A stretch of 64,000 nucleotides of DNA from Octopus sinensis (Eukaryota). This document shows, one piece after another, positions 11,400-24,171 of this stretch. Every line of letters starts with the position of its first letter. Position 1 is the first letter of the stretch. A program made the position numbers and the translations under genes. The DNA lies in assembly GCF_006345805.1 (NCBI RefSeq), contig NC_043004.1, forward strand, positions 34,596,001 to 34,660,000. Direction: 5' to 3'. The notes beneath the pieces were generated by a model that made no database searches, had not been told where the DNA came from, and worked only from the letters and a program-made list of their open reading frames with translations.

Positions 11400-13485
11400 T
11401 TCATCTATTTTGATTTGTTTTGATTTTCACTTGCCTCAACAGGTCTTCACAAGTGTCACAAGAAGGAAGGTATGCACAGGTGGACTGACTACATCCCAGG
11501 TAGGGGCCACAGGTTATGGCCTGACTAGTCTTGCCAGGTCTTCGGATGGTGTTTTTATGTGCCACCGACACAGGTGCCAGATGAGGCTGGCGAACGGCCA
11601 CGATCGGATGGTGTTTGTTACGTGCCCACAGCACGGAGGCCAGTCGGTGCGGTACTGGCTACGGCCACGTTCGGATGGTTTTCTTGTGTGCCACCGGCAC
11701 TGGTACCACAAAGATACAATTCCATTAATGTTCATCTATTTTGATTTATTTGATTTGATTTGATTTGATTTGTTTTGATTTCATTTTGATTTTCACTTGC
11801 CTCAACAGGCCTTCACAAGTATCAGAAGGAGGAAGGTATGCACAGGTGGACTGACTACGTCCCAGGTAGGGGCCATGGGATATGGCCTGACTAGTCTTGC
11901 CGGGTCTTCGGATGGTTTTTTATGTGCCACCAACACAGGTGCTAGATGAGGCTGGCGAACAGCCACGATCGGATGGTGTGTTATGTGCCCACAGCACGAT
12001 GGCCAGTCGATGCGGTACTGACTACGGCCACGTTCGGATGGATTTCTTGTGTGCCACAGGCACTGGTACCACAAAGATACAAATTCCATTGATGTTCATC
12101 TATTTTGATTTTGATTTGATTTGATTTTCACTTGCCTCAACAGGTCTTCACAAGTGTCACAAGAAGGAAGGTATGCACAGGTGGACTGACTAGTCTTGCC
12201 GGGTCTTCGGAAGGTGTTTTTATGTGCCACCGACACAGGTGCCAGATGAGGCTGGCGAACGGCCATGATCGGATGGTGTTTGTTACGTGCCCACAGCACG
12301 GAGGCCGGTCGATGCGGAACTGGCTACGGCCACGTTCGGATGGTTCTCTTGTGTGCCACCGGCACTGGTACCACAAAGATACAGATTCCATTGATGTTCA
12401 TCTATTTTGATTTGTTTTGATTTTGATTTTCACTTGCCTCAACAGGTCTTCACAAGTGTCACAAGAAGGAAGGTATGCACAGGTGGACTGACTACGTCCC
12501 AGGTAGGGGCCATGGATTATGGCCTGACTAGTCTTGCCGGGTCTTCGGATAGTGTTTTTATGTGCCACCGACACAGGTGCTAGATGAGGCTGGCGAACGG
12601 CCACGATCGGATGGTGTTTGTCATGCGCCCACAGCACGGAGGCCAGTCAATGCGGTACTGGCTACGGCCACTTTCGGATGGTTTTCTCCTGTGTGCCACC
12701 GGCACTGGTACCATAAAGATACAAATTCCATTGATGTTCATCTATTTTGATTTGTTTTGATTTGATTTTGATTTTCACTTGCCTCAACAGGCCTTCACAA
12801 GTATCACAAGGAGGAAGGTATGCACAGGTGGACTGACTACGTCCCAGGTAGGGGCCATGGGTTATGGCCTGACTAGTCTTGCCGGGTCTTCGGATGGTGT
12901 TTTTATGTGCCACCGACACAGGTGCTAGATGAGGCTGGCGAACGGCCACGATCGGATGGTGTTTGTTATGTGCCCACAGCACGATGGCCAGTGATGCGGT
13001 ACTGACTACGGCCACGTTCGGATGGATTCTTGTGTGCCACCGGCACTGGTACCACAAAGATACAGATTCCATTGATGTTCATCTATTTTGATTTGTTTTG
13101 ATTTTCACTTGCCTCAACAGGTCTTCACAAGTGTCACAAGAAGGAAGGTATGTACAGGTGGACTGACTACGTCCCAGGTAGGGACCACGGGTTATGACCT
13201 GACTAGTCTTGCCGGGTCTTCGGATGGTGTTTTATGTGCCACCATGTTCCCACAGCACGGAGGCCAGTCGATGCGGTACTGGCTACGGCCACGTTCGGAT
13301 GGTTTTTTGTGTGCCACAGGCACTGGTACCACAAGATACAAATTCCATTGATGTTCATCTATTTTGATTGATTTTCACTTGCCTCCAGGTCTTCACAAGT
13401 GTCACAAGAAGGAAGGTATGCACAGGTGGATCGACTACGTCCCAGGTAGGGGCCACGGGATATGGCCTGACTAGTTCTGCCGGGT
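11400..13485 (-). repeat. Tandem array, 7 units of 270-366 bp (ORF end + 3' UTR of the RTE)
   Basis: Marker ttgcctc recurs at 11431, 11797, 12132, 12434, 12779, 13109 and 13379. Confidence 0.97.
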
Positions 13486-15714
13486 CCTCTCATGCACAGC
13501 ACACTTCCATAGGACTCGGTCTTCAGTCATTTCCTTGGTGAGACCTAAAGTTCGAAGGTCGTGCTTCACCACCTCGTCCCAGGTTTTCCTGGGTCTACCT
13601 CTTCCACAGGTTCCCTCAACTGCTAGGGTGTAGCACTTTTGCACACAACTATCTTCAGCCATTCTCGTCACATGACCATACCAGCGCAGCCGTCTCTTTT
13701 GCACACCACAACTGACACTTCTTAGGTTCAACTTTTCTCTCAAAGTACTTACACTCTGACGATTATGAACACTGACATTACACATCCATCGGAGCATACT
13801 GGCTTCATTTCTTGCAAGCTTACGCATATCCTCAGCAGTCACGGCCCATGTTTCACTACCATGTAGCATGGCTGTACGTACACACGCATCATATAGTCTG
13901 CCTTTTACTCTTAGCGAGAGGCCTTTTGTCACCAGCAGGGGTAAGAGCTCTCTAAACTTTGCCCAGGCTATTCTTACTCTAGCAGTTACACTTTCAGCAC
14001 ACCCACCCCGCTACTGACTTGGTCTCCTAGGTAGCGGAAGCTATCAACTACTTCTAGTTGTCTCCCTGGAACGTGGTAGAAGTTGGTCTCTGCACATTTC
14101 CAGTGTTTATTGCTCCTGAGCATCTGCCCAGACAAAAACTATTTTCTTAGTTAGCCTTCCTTTGACATTGCTGCACCTCTTATGTGTCCATAGCTTACAC
14201 TTGGTGCACCTTATAGAGTTTCTACCTACACCTTTTTTACAGATCGAGCAGGGCCATCTACCTGAAGTCGTTTGTGATTGGTCCACCTTCCTACTTATTA
14301 GGACTTTGGTTTGGCTAGGTTGATTCTAAGGCCCTTCGATTCTAATCCTTGTTCACCACACCTGAAACTTCTCCTCCAGTTCTGATAGTGACTCAGCAAT
14401 TAGAGCAAGGTCATCAGCATAGAGGAGCTCCCAGGGGCATCCTGTCTTGAATTCCTCCGTTATTGCCTGGAGGACTATGATAAATAGGAGGGGACTGAGG
14501 ACTGAACCTTGGTGGACCCCAACCTCTACCCGGAATTCTTCACTGTACTCGTTGCCAACCCTCACCTTACTAGCAGCGTCTCTGTACATGGCTCGCACAG
14601 CTCTCACTAACCATTCATCTATCCCTAGTTTCCTCATTGACCACCAGATAAGGGATCGGGGGACCCTGTCAAAGGCTTTCTCCAAGTCAACAAAAGCCAG
14701 ATACAAGGGCTTATCTTTGGCTAGGTATTTCTCCTGCAGCTGTCTTACCAGGAATATAGCATCAGTAGTACTTTTCCCTGGCACGAACCCAAACTGCATA
14801 TCATCTAAGCTAACTCTCTCTCTAATAATATATAGTGAACATCTACATACGCATAAGAGTTATAAATAAATGTATGGAGATACAGCTTTAGAAATAAACC
14901 CACATTGATAAAAAGACAGACATAGAGAGAGAGACATAAATAAAGAAAAAAAGATTGATGATGTGGAGAGAGAGTTAAGTTAGAAGTCATCAAATTATGA
15001 GTAATTAGATAGACGAGATATAATTAAATGAATAAATAGAACAATTGGACAAAGTTGCTGAAGTTTTGTAGCTGATTAGCCATGGTTAATTATTTTATAG
15101 AAAAACATAATTAGTACAGATATTTTTCACACCCTGACAAGTAAACACATCTTCCTGGAAATTGTAACATTCTGGAATAAAACCTCAGTGTGGTTCCTGC
15201 ATAGCAAAATTCTTAATATATTTATGTGGAATTTTATATTGTTCTTTTGTGAACATTATTATTGGTTATCGGTTTCCTATGGCACAAGTTATTACTTGAT
15301 ATTTCTTGAGGAACTTCATTCTTGTAGGACTGGTTTTTCGGTTTTTCTTTTTGGTGTCTATATTCTTCACTGATTACACAAATAAAAGATACATATATAT
15401 ATAAACACAATGGACTTCTACACAATTTCTGACCACTAGATTCCGTCCTAAAAAAACATTGGTCAACCAGGGTTTCTGATAGAAGACCTTACTCAAATTA
15501 TCAATCAATGAGACTGAACCTAGAACAATGTAGTTGTGAAGTAAATATCCTAACTGCACAGCTGTGCCTGTTCGTTACTTAGATCCTGGAGCTTACCTCA
15601 CTTGCCATGTCATTAAAGAATTCATGGAATTCCTTCTCCCAAATGATTTGTACATATATTTTTTTATTTATTTACTTCTTTATTTATTTATTAAGCTGTA
15701 TTAATTTGTCATGC

Positions 15715-16020
15715 GTGCCGGTGGCACGTAAAAGACACCATTCGAGCGTGATCGTTACCAGCATCGCCTTACGGGCACCTGTGCCAGTGGCATGTGTAAA
15801 AGATTCGAGCGAGGTCATTGCCAGTACCGCCTGACTGGCTCGTAAAAGCACCCACTACACTAAGTGGTTGGCATTAGAAAGGGCATCCAGCTGTAGAAAC
15901 TCTGCCAGATCAAGATTGAAGCCTGATGCTGCCATCTGGTTTGCCAGCCCTCGGTCAAATCGTCCAACCCATGCTAGCATGGAAAGCGGACGTTAAACGA
16001 TGATGATGATGATGATGATC
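15715..16020 (+). mobile_element. RTE 3'-tail copy (SINE-like) with (GAT)n
   Basis: gtgccggtggcacgtaaaa..ggcattagaaagggcatccagctgtagaaac..catgctagcatggaaagcggacgttaaacgatgatg matches the tails at 2.6 and 10.9 kb. Confidence 0.85.
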
Positions 16021-16805
16021 ACAATTTCTCAACATCATCATGGTTTACAAGCTTCCAATGATTCACACATTGTGTCTGTGCTTGTGACAAAAGATGCAAC
16101 AGCTTCTATAGTTTCTATTCAACACACACACACACACATACACAGAGTATATTTGTTTACCAAATTCTACCCACAAAATATTGGTGAACCTGAAACTATG
16201 GCAGAAGACTCTAAGCAAAGTTACCACTTAGTAGGTACCTGGAGCCTTATTGTTGTGTAGCAGAATTTTTAAACACACAAATGTGCTACTTGCTAATATC
16301 AATATTGTTTCTATATGAAACCAGTTTCAATAACTAGCAACTGACTCAGTGAAAGTCTACAAGATTCTTTACTATCTTTCCAAAAATAACTTTGGTCACA
16401 ACTTTGAATTCTTCACCACAACAGCTTGTTGACAGACTTATTAAATGTAGAAGTAGTATAACACCATGACATTTGGAAACATGTTTTCATGCTCTAAACT
16501 GTCAAAGCATGGAATCAGCTACTCACATCACCTGTTAGCTGTCAGGACTCTGCATCCTTCAAATTTTCTATGTTTCTCAAAATTCACCAATGCTACTCCT
16601 GCTGTACGTCGTTGTGCACCCTTTTCTTTTCATGACTTTTTAACTCTTCATTCTTCAGTCTTTTGTGTTTTGTCCTGTATATTTCTACTTCTAGCATTCA
16701 TTGCTGTCTTTCTTTACTTCACTTAAGACTGATTTCTATCATCTCTTTCATCCGTTCCTGATGAGGTGTACTGCACCTGAGCTCTGTATACAATAAGTTC
16801 ATTAC

Positions 16806-16845
<40 letters not shown>

Positions 16846-16882
16846 GTCGTCGTCATCGTCATCGTTGTCATCAACAACAACA

Positions 16883-17100
16883 GTGGCAATCTGTCAGAGT
16901 CATTTGTGTGCCAGATAAACTGCTTAGGGGCAATACTTAAGGCTCTTTATGTTCTGAGTTCAAATCCTGCAGAGGTCAACTATACCTTTCATTTGTTTAG
17001 GGTCAATAAAATAAAGTGTAGGTCAAGCACTAGGGGTTGGTGTAATCAATTTACCTCCACTTTTCTAAAATTGCTGGATTTGAGCCAAAATTTGAATAAA
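16883..17100 (+). mobile_element. SINE family A (GAGTTCAAAT B-box), degenerate
   Basis: ttctgagttcaaatcctgcagaggtcaactatacctttcat matches 28.8 and 53.1 kb copies. Confidence 0.75.
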
Positions 17101-17735
17101 TTATTACTATTATTGTAGATGTTGCACAGTATCCAATATCACGATGCTGTTGATTGAAGACATTGTGTCTACAGGGGGTTTGTACTCTTTGTCAAGTCAC
17201 AAAAAGGACCTCAGACAGACACTACTTTAACCAATATGTGTGCAGTTCCAAGTAATATCGATTTTTACAATACACCTAGATTGCTGGGTATTTCTAATGT
17301 TTCCAGATTTTTCTTCAGGTTGGATGGTATTGAACCCAATGCTCCAATGGTCATAGGGATAACCTTTGTGTTTGATTCTCGTAGCTGCCACATCTTGGCA
17401 ATCTCAGTTCTCAGGTCCCCATATTTATCTTTTCTCTTTCTTTCATGATAATATGTTCATCTCCTGACACAGCCACATCGATTATTTGGCACTCTTGTTT
17501 GTCCCTCCTAAAGGTTACTATATTCAACCTTCAGTGCTCTCACACTTTGTCTGGAAATCTAAGTCCCAGAGGATTTTTGCCTTCCTCTTTTCATCCATTG
17601 CCTTTTCCGGTGTTATTGTTGTTGTTGATGTTATTATTATCATATGAGACCATTCTGTCTAGGTTGTTTTGAAGCTGTTTCTTGCACACGGTGCCTCTGT
17701 GGTTGCAATTTCAAATTTAATCTTTTAAATATTAT
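17100..17735 (-). mobile_element. R4/Dong-type non-LTR fragment (restriction-like endonuclease end) with (AAT)n tail
   Basis: Minus strand ILWDLDFQT..IIDVAVSGD..KYGDLRTEIAKMW..VIPMTIGALGSIP..LLGTAHIL. Confidence 0.8.
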
Positions 17736-18879
17736 CCCAAATAGTATATTGTTCTGTCCCCTTTTTGAGATGCGCACAATTCAAAAATTCCTGTAAACGG
17801 TAGATCAGTTGGAATTAATTTAACTTCACAATTTTGTTGTAACATAACTATTTTCAATCTTTGTGTCTCACACTTTATTGACTTTGTTTTTTCTTCTTGA
17901 TTACAATTTCTTTTAATTCAATTTCATCAATCCGTTCTCTGCTTCTTCTGATTCTATGCTAACACTGATGTACTGTGTCAACTCGGTACAGGCATCGTCT
18001 TTCATTTTTTTTTTCATCCTTTCTTTTCTTCTATAAATGAATAAGTTTGTATTTCATTCCATTGTTTCTTTCTCTCATGCATGTAATAAATGTTACTGCT
18101 TGGATCTGTTGTAAAGTACAAGTCGTTTCACTGTTCTTCTGCTCTGTTTGTGTAATGGTGTCAATGAACAGAGACATCAGTGGAACGAAATGTAAGCGTA
18201 ATATTGACAGAATAAAAACAAACAATCAAACATAGATTTAAGTCATCAGGTTTTGAATTTGTAGCTTCGTTTGTGTTCTTTGATTTTAGCTTTTTATAAA
18301 TGAGAGTAAAGGAAAAAAATCTCTTGTTGTGGTGTGTATGTGTGTGTGAGTGTGTGTTTGTCTGTGTGTGTGTGTTTCTGCATGTGTATGTCTGTGTTTG
18401 TGTATGCATGGGTATCCATAATTATTTACATAGATAGCTACATACATATATATCATCATCATAATCCTCATCATTACCATCATCATCATCATCATCATCA
18501 TCATCGTCATCATCATCACTATCATCATCATTTAGTCCTTTAGCATTTAATGTAGCAAAATCCAGGCCAAATATTCTATGTTTTATGTTCAAACTGGGCA
18601 GATCCAGCCTCTCACACCTACTTTGTAATGTGAATCACATCCATCATCAAAATCTTGAAACTACATAATATGGTTTTAATTTTTAAAAATGTAAACAAGC
18701 ATAAAATTTGACAGAGGAATTTGAATGCTACAGGGTCAACATCCATTTTCCATGCTGGCATGGGTTGGATGGTTTTGACAGGATCCAGTATGCCAGAGGA
18801 CTGTGTTCAGCTCAATTATCCTTGTTGGCATGGTTTCTATGGCTGGATGCTCTTCCTAACACCATGGAAGCATGATGTT

Positions 18880-19092
18880 TCTTTGTTTCAACCATTGCAA
18901 AAATCGACAACCAGTGGAGAAGCACTGAGTAGCAAAGACACACCACGTGGCAGTAGGACTACACTTAACAATGCTGGCTGGTATACGGATGCCTGAGGGT
19001 TGCATAAAGTGGCTTCTAGCAGTGCAAGCCTGAGCTACAATGGGATGGTCCCACAGAGAATGTTTCTGGTTACTCTTGGATACCCCCTCGTA
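18880..19092 (-). mobile_element. Tc1/mariner-like terminal fragment
   Basis: End reads TACGAGGGGGTATCCAAGAGTAACC on the minus strand; about 130 bp homologous to 23077-23200. Confidence 0.6.
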
Positions 19093-20429
19093 TGTATATA
19101 TATACCCTCCTCATCATTATTGTCATTAGATAGCATTCATCTTCCTTGCTTGGGCTGGATGGCTTGAGAGAAACTGGTGATTTGTAGAACAGCCTTTTAC
19201 TTTCTGTATCTACTTTGGCACAATATGTGTGCACAAGTGTGTGCCAGTGCTTGCATGTGTGCATATATACGTGTTCCTTTATACAAAAGGGTGACATTTA
19301 ATTTTATTTATTTTCATTCAAGTTATTTTCAAACAAACATTAAAGACATTTCTTGCTTAAATTTTTCAGTCTGAAAACCTGTTTTATCCTATGTTTAACT
19401 CCCTTTGTATTAAAAATCTTTGACAATTCTACAATGGCACCAAGTGTACCGTTTTTTTATTTTGCTGCAACACTTTACAAGTTTAAAATTAAAGAAATTA
19501 GTTCCATGTTGTAGATTTTATCAGAGAAACAGTAAAATAACTTTCAGTGAATGCATTTTGCCTTCATTTCATTAGAAAAATTGTAAATAGGAAATATTCT
19601 TATAGTCAAGACAAACGCAAAGGTCGTAGCAACGTTATTGGAAGTTTATGGAAAATGTCAATAATTTATTTAGTTTTAGCGCCATAAAGGTTTGTAGCTA
19701 AGTAGTCAAGTAAAATGCCTGTGAGTTAAAAATAAAACAATAGTGTCCTAGAATTGAAAACATTGTTAATGAAATGGTATTTACACAGAACAAATGATTT
19801 TTTTGAAGGGGTTAGTAACAATTTCAAGCATTAGCATTTCCTCGATGAAAGTTAAGAAGTCATAAGAAGTGGAATAAAATTGTCACCATTCATTTAGTGA
19901 AACTCTCTTATTCTCTCACTCTCTCTCTCTCTCTCTCTTTCTCTCCTTCCCCCTCTCTCACTCTCCCTCACTCTCCCGCTCTCTCACACACACATACATT
20001 TCGACATTGTCATCATTGTCATCATCATTTTACATCTGATTCCCTATGCTGGCATGGGTTAGATGGGTCATTATGATTCACCTTGGTTCTTATTGGGACC
20101 CATAAACTGTTGCTTACATGTCCCCTTCACCTTAGTTTCTATGGCTGGATGCCCTTTCTATCTTTAACCAGTTTACGAAATGTTCTGCTTGCATTTTCTC
20201 AAGACACCAGCCCGAGAGAGAGATCAATTAGTCTTTGGCAACTCAGAACAAGGGGGACCCCACAACCCGACCTTTTCTCATTTGCTAACCATTTAAAATG
20301 TGTACTGGGTGTATTTTTTATGACACCAGCACTAAAGAGGTTGTCTTGCTCTCTGTTCACCGGTAGAAGGTGTGCAATGGTATGATAGTGGTTGTCAGTT
20401 CCATAATGGCACTGGCACCGGAATATAAG

Positions 20430-20670
20430 GCATGCTAAGCATTTTCTTCAGAATGCTAATGATTCTTCCAGCTCACTGCCTTAATGATAATAATAAAAGC
20501 TTTAAATTTTGGCACGAGGCCGGCATTTTCAGGGATGGGGGATGAGTCGAATACATTGACCCCAGTAATCAACTGGTACTTATTTTATTGACCCAGAAAG
20601 GATAAAAGGCAAAGTTGACGTTGGTGGAATTTGAACTCAGAATGTAATGACAAATGAAATGCCACTTTAA
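20430..20670 (-). mobile_element. SINE family A
   Basis: ggataaaaggcaaagttgac..atttgaactcagaatgt = reverse complement of the family A core. Confidence 0.8.
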
Positions 20671-20690
20671 TTATAATGATGATGATGATG

Positions 20691-20746
<56 letters not shown>

Positions 20747-20801
20747 GATGATGATGATGATAATAATAATAATAATAATGATAATAATAATAATAATAAT
20801 G

Positions 20802-20860
<59 letters not shown>

Positions 20861-20958
20861 AATAATAATGATAATAATAATAATAATAATGATAATAATA
20901 ACAATAACCTTTTCTACTAAAGACACAAGGCCTAATAATAATAATAATAATAATAATA

Positions 20959-20999
<41 letters not shown>

Positions 21000-21015
21000 A
21001 AAAATAATAATAATA
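20670..21015. repeat. Compound (AAT)n/(GAT)n microsatellite
   Basis: Read directly; interrupted by a SINE-tail fragment at about 20905-20935. Confidence 0.97.
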
Positions 21016-21017
21016 AA

Positions 21018-21570
21018 TACCCTGATGCAGTACCAGGCAGTGGCTCTCATAACTTCTGATCTTTACTGATTGGAAGTGTTATCATGTACATGTTTTGTCT
21101 TAGTGTAAAAGATGGGCTACAGCAAATGTTCTGCTCAATACCACAGAAATGCTTGTCAATTGTTTGACCTTAACCAGTTGACCATGTCCCTTATGTGACT
21201 GATGATAAGTGCATTTCCGATCACGGGTGTAGTGGGGGAGCATCACAGCCACATTTTGAGAATTCTTTGGGGATTGAATAATTCACATCTGAAAACATGG
21301 GTGTTTTGTTCATCATCCTTAACAAGCCTTATTCAGGGGTCTTTTGAGTGAGATGGGTTACTCAACCTGAAGAAAATTCTAACAAAGCCCCACCTGTAAA
21401 AGTCATATACTGTTTATCCCGATTATGAGATCATCATAATGTACACATGGATGCAATGCATGTGCCTGGTGTCCCCTTATCAGACGGGTAGTCATGATGG
21501 ATATACTGGGCTTCATATATTTGTATCCCCAGTGTCACTTTGATGATATACATTGCTCTCTCACTCAATA
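21018..21570. mobile_element. Unclassified interspersed repeat bounded by (AAT)n tracts
   Basis: GC-richer block with sharp microsatellite borders; resembles an abundant cephalopod repeat from memory; only one copy here. Confidence 0.35.
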
Positions 21571-22089
21571 ATGATAATAATAATAGTTGTTCTAAATTTT
21601 TGTTCAAGGCCATGTATTTTAGAATGAAGCAGTGTTGATCAATTCTATCGACCCCCAGTAAAAGTAATAACGCTATATTTTATCAACCCCAAAAGTATAA
21701 AAGGAAAGGTTGACTATGGAATGATTTGAACACAGAACATAAAGAGCCATAAGAAATACAACAAAAATGTTTCGTTGGGTGCTCTGCCGAGTTTACTTAT
21801 CCATTTCCATTAATAATTATTTCTAACAACAAAGGATAAATGCAAAAATTTGGGGTCAAGGTTTAGTGAAGGTTGAGTATTTGACTGGTGCTTTTTGTTA
21901 TAAACCCCTTAAGAGATGGAAAGTAAAGTTAATCTTGGCAGGATTTGAACTTAAAATAAAAAGAACGAGAACAATTACTGCAAAACATCTTTGATGTTTT
22001 AAAATGATGACAGAGGCAACAACAACAACAACGACAACAAAAGCGATGCTGATGCTGATGATGCTGAACAGTCAGACCATTTGTGAAAA

Positions 22090-22570
22090 AAAGGCACTAC
22101 TAAAGAAATGACATTATATGAACCAATTCTGCAGAAATACAAAGGGAACAATCATGATTCATCATAAGAGTGGTTCCAGAATGGAGATTTAAAGAGAGAA
22201 GAAGAAAGTTTATTGGTAACTGCTCAAGATCAAGCACTAAATACTAATTCAGGGAGTAAGGATATTTATTGCATCACCAATGCTGCCTATGTAATGAACA
22301 CATGGAAAATATTGATTATATTGCAGCAAGTTATAAAATGATGGCTTACAAGGAATGTAGGTGATGCCATGATGTGCTCTACTTCAATTTACACTGGTCC
22401 CTATGTAAAAAATTTTCATATTCTATTTCAGACAAGTGGGCTAATCAAGACCAGAGAAGTTCTAAATGAACCTGGCAAATCAAAAATTCAATAAAACTTT
22501 AACATCCAGACACACAAAATGATTGAACGATGCAGATCAGATATCATTAGGCATGGTGTGAATGTGTTGA
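22090..22570 (+). mobile_element. Degenerate R4/Dong-type LINE fragment
   Basis: EWFQNGDLKREEESLLVTAQDQALNTN, the same motif as ETEALNCAAQEQTLRTN at 61.15 kb. Confidence 0.65.
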
Positions 22571-23076
22571 ACTGACAGAGTTGTTACCATTCTAGACAAA
22601 ATGATTTGCAACACTCTGTCTAGCCTTAAATTCTGATTTCAAATGCTGGCAAGGTCAACTTTTGCATTTAACCTTTGTTGTTGGAAATGATTATTAATGG
22701 AAATGGATAAGTAAACTCGGCAGAGCACCCAACGAAACATTTTTGTTGTATTTCTTATGGCTCTTTATGTTCTGAGTTCAAATCTTTCCATAGTCAACCT
22801 TTCCTTGATTACATCAATCCCAGTCCCTGACTTGTGGTTATTTAATCATTCCTAAAAAGATAAAAGGTAAAGTCGATCCTAGTGGCATTTGAACTCAAAA
22901 TATGAAGTCATATAAAATGGGTCTAAGAATTTTACCTGGCGTGCTAGCAGTTCTGTCAGCTTCAGAGACATTAAGAAATGTGTGTGTGTGTGGTGAGGTG
23001 TTACTCAATGGGGGAAAGTTGTATTTGTTATCTATGGAAAAACGCTGGGACCTCCTGGAATGGTTGACTATTAAGA

Positions 23077-23265
23077 TACGAGGAGGTACCCAAAAGTAAC
23101 CGGAAACATTCTCTGTGGGAGAAGCCCATTGTAGTTCAGGCTTCTGCTGCTAGAAGCCACTTGATGCAATCCTCAGGCATGAGCGTTGTTAAGTGTGGTT
23201 CAACTGCCACATGGTGTATCTTTGTTTTGCAGTGCTTCTCCCCTATTTGTCGATTTTTGCAATGG
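23077..23265 (+). mobile_element. Tc1/mariner-like terminal fragment
   Basis: Starts TACGAGGAGGTACCCAAAAGTAACCGG; homologous to 18880-19092. Confidence 0.6.
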
Positions 23266-23269
23266 CTGA

Positions 23270-23388
23270 AATTTTCCTGATGAAAGGCAAAGTTGACCTC
23301 AACAGAATTTGAACTCAGAACGTAACGGCAGATGAAATACCACTGAGCACTTCGCACAGCATACTAATGATTCTGCCAGCTTGCCACC

Positions 23389-23449
<61 letters not shown>

Positions 23450-23879
23450 TAATAATGATTTTAAATTTTGGCACAAGGCAAACAAATTCAATGGAGTAGG
23501 TAAGCCAATTTGCACTGATCCCAGTGCTCAACTGGTATTTAAGTTATCAACCCCAAAAGCAATGATTGGAATACTGCTAAACATTTCATCCAGCATGCTA
23601 ATGATTCTTCCAGCTCACTGCTTTCAAATTTCGGTACATGTCCAGCAATTTTGGGGAAGGGTAAGTTAATTACATCGACTGCAGTTCACAGCTGGTATTT
23701 ATTTTATTAACGTTGAAAGGATGAAAGGCAAAGTCGACTTTGGCAGAATTTGAACTCAGAACATGAAGACAAATGAAATACCACTTACCATTTGGCTCAG
23801 GGTGCAACTGATTCAACCAGCTTGCTGCCTAAATAATAATAATAATCATACCAATAATAATAATAATGATAGTAATAAT

Positions 23880-23911
<32 letters not shown>

Positions 23912-24137
23912 GAATAATAATAATCCTTTTTAATTTAGGTACAAGTCCTGAAATTTTGAGGAAGGAGACTAGTCAATTACATTGACCCCAGTACGCAACT
24001 GGTACTTGTTTTATCTACCCCGAAAGGATGAAAGGCAAAGTCGACCTCAAAAGAATTTGAACTCAGCACATAAAGAAAGATGACATGTAGCTAAACATCT
24101 TGCCCAGTGAGTCAACGATTCTACCAGCTCACTGTCC

Positions 24138-24171
<34 letters not shown>

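Larger units (their letters stand above)
10913..14828 (-). mobile_element. 5'-truncated RTE-clade LINE: RT, Cys/His finger, C-terminus, tandemly amplified 3' UTR, (ATG)n tail
   Basis: QFGFVPGKSTTDAIF, AFVDLEKAFDRVP, GVHQGSVLSPLLF, LLYADDL (ORF 14353-14799); WPCSICKKGVGRNSIRCTKCKLWTHKRC; C-terminus in ORF 13471-13932; tail reads (CAT)n on the plus strand at 10913-10938. Confidence 0.97.

Noticed and set aside
11400-13485. CRISPR-like array
   Set aside because: Units are 270-366 bp homologous copies with no unique spacers, they derive from a LINE 3' UTR, the context is eukaryotic and there are no cas genes.
16758-16785. CTGATGA GGTG tactg CACC possible hammerhead after a pyrimidine-rich tract
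   Set aside because: Helix II is present but GAAA is replaced by TGAGC and there is no helix I or III; at best a dead remnant.
19063-23106. Composite mariner transposon spanning 19-23 kb
   Set aside because: The two homologous ends point towards each other with their bodies outside the interval, so they are two separate relics.
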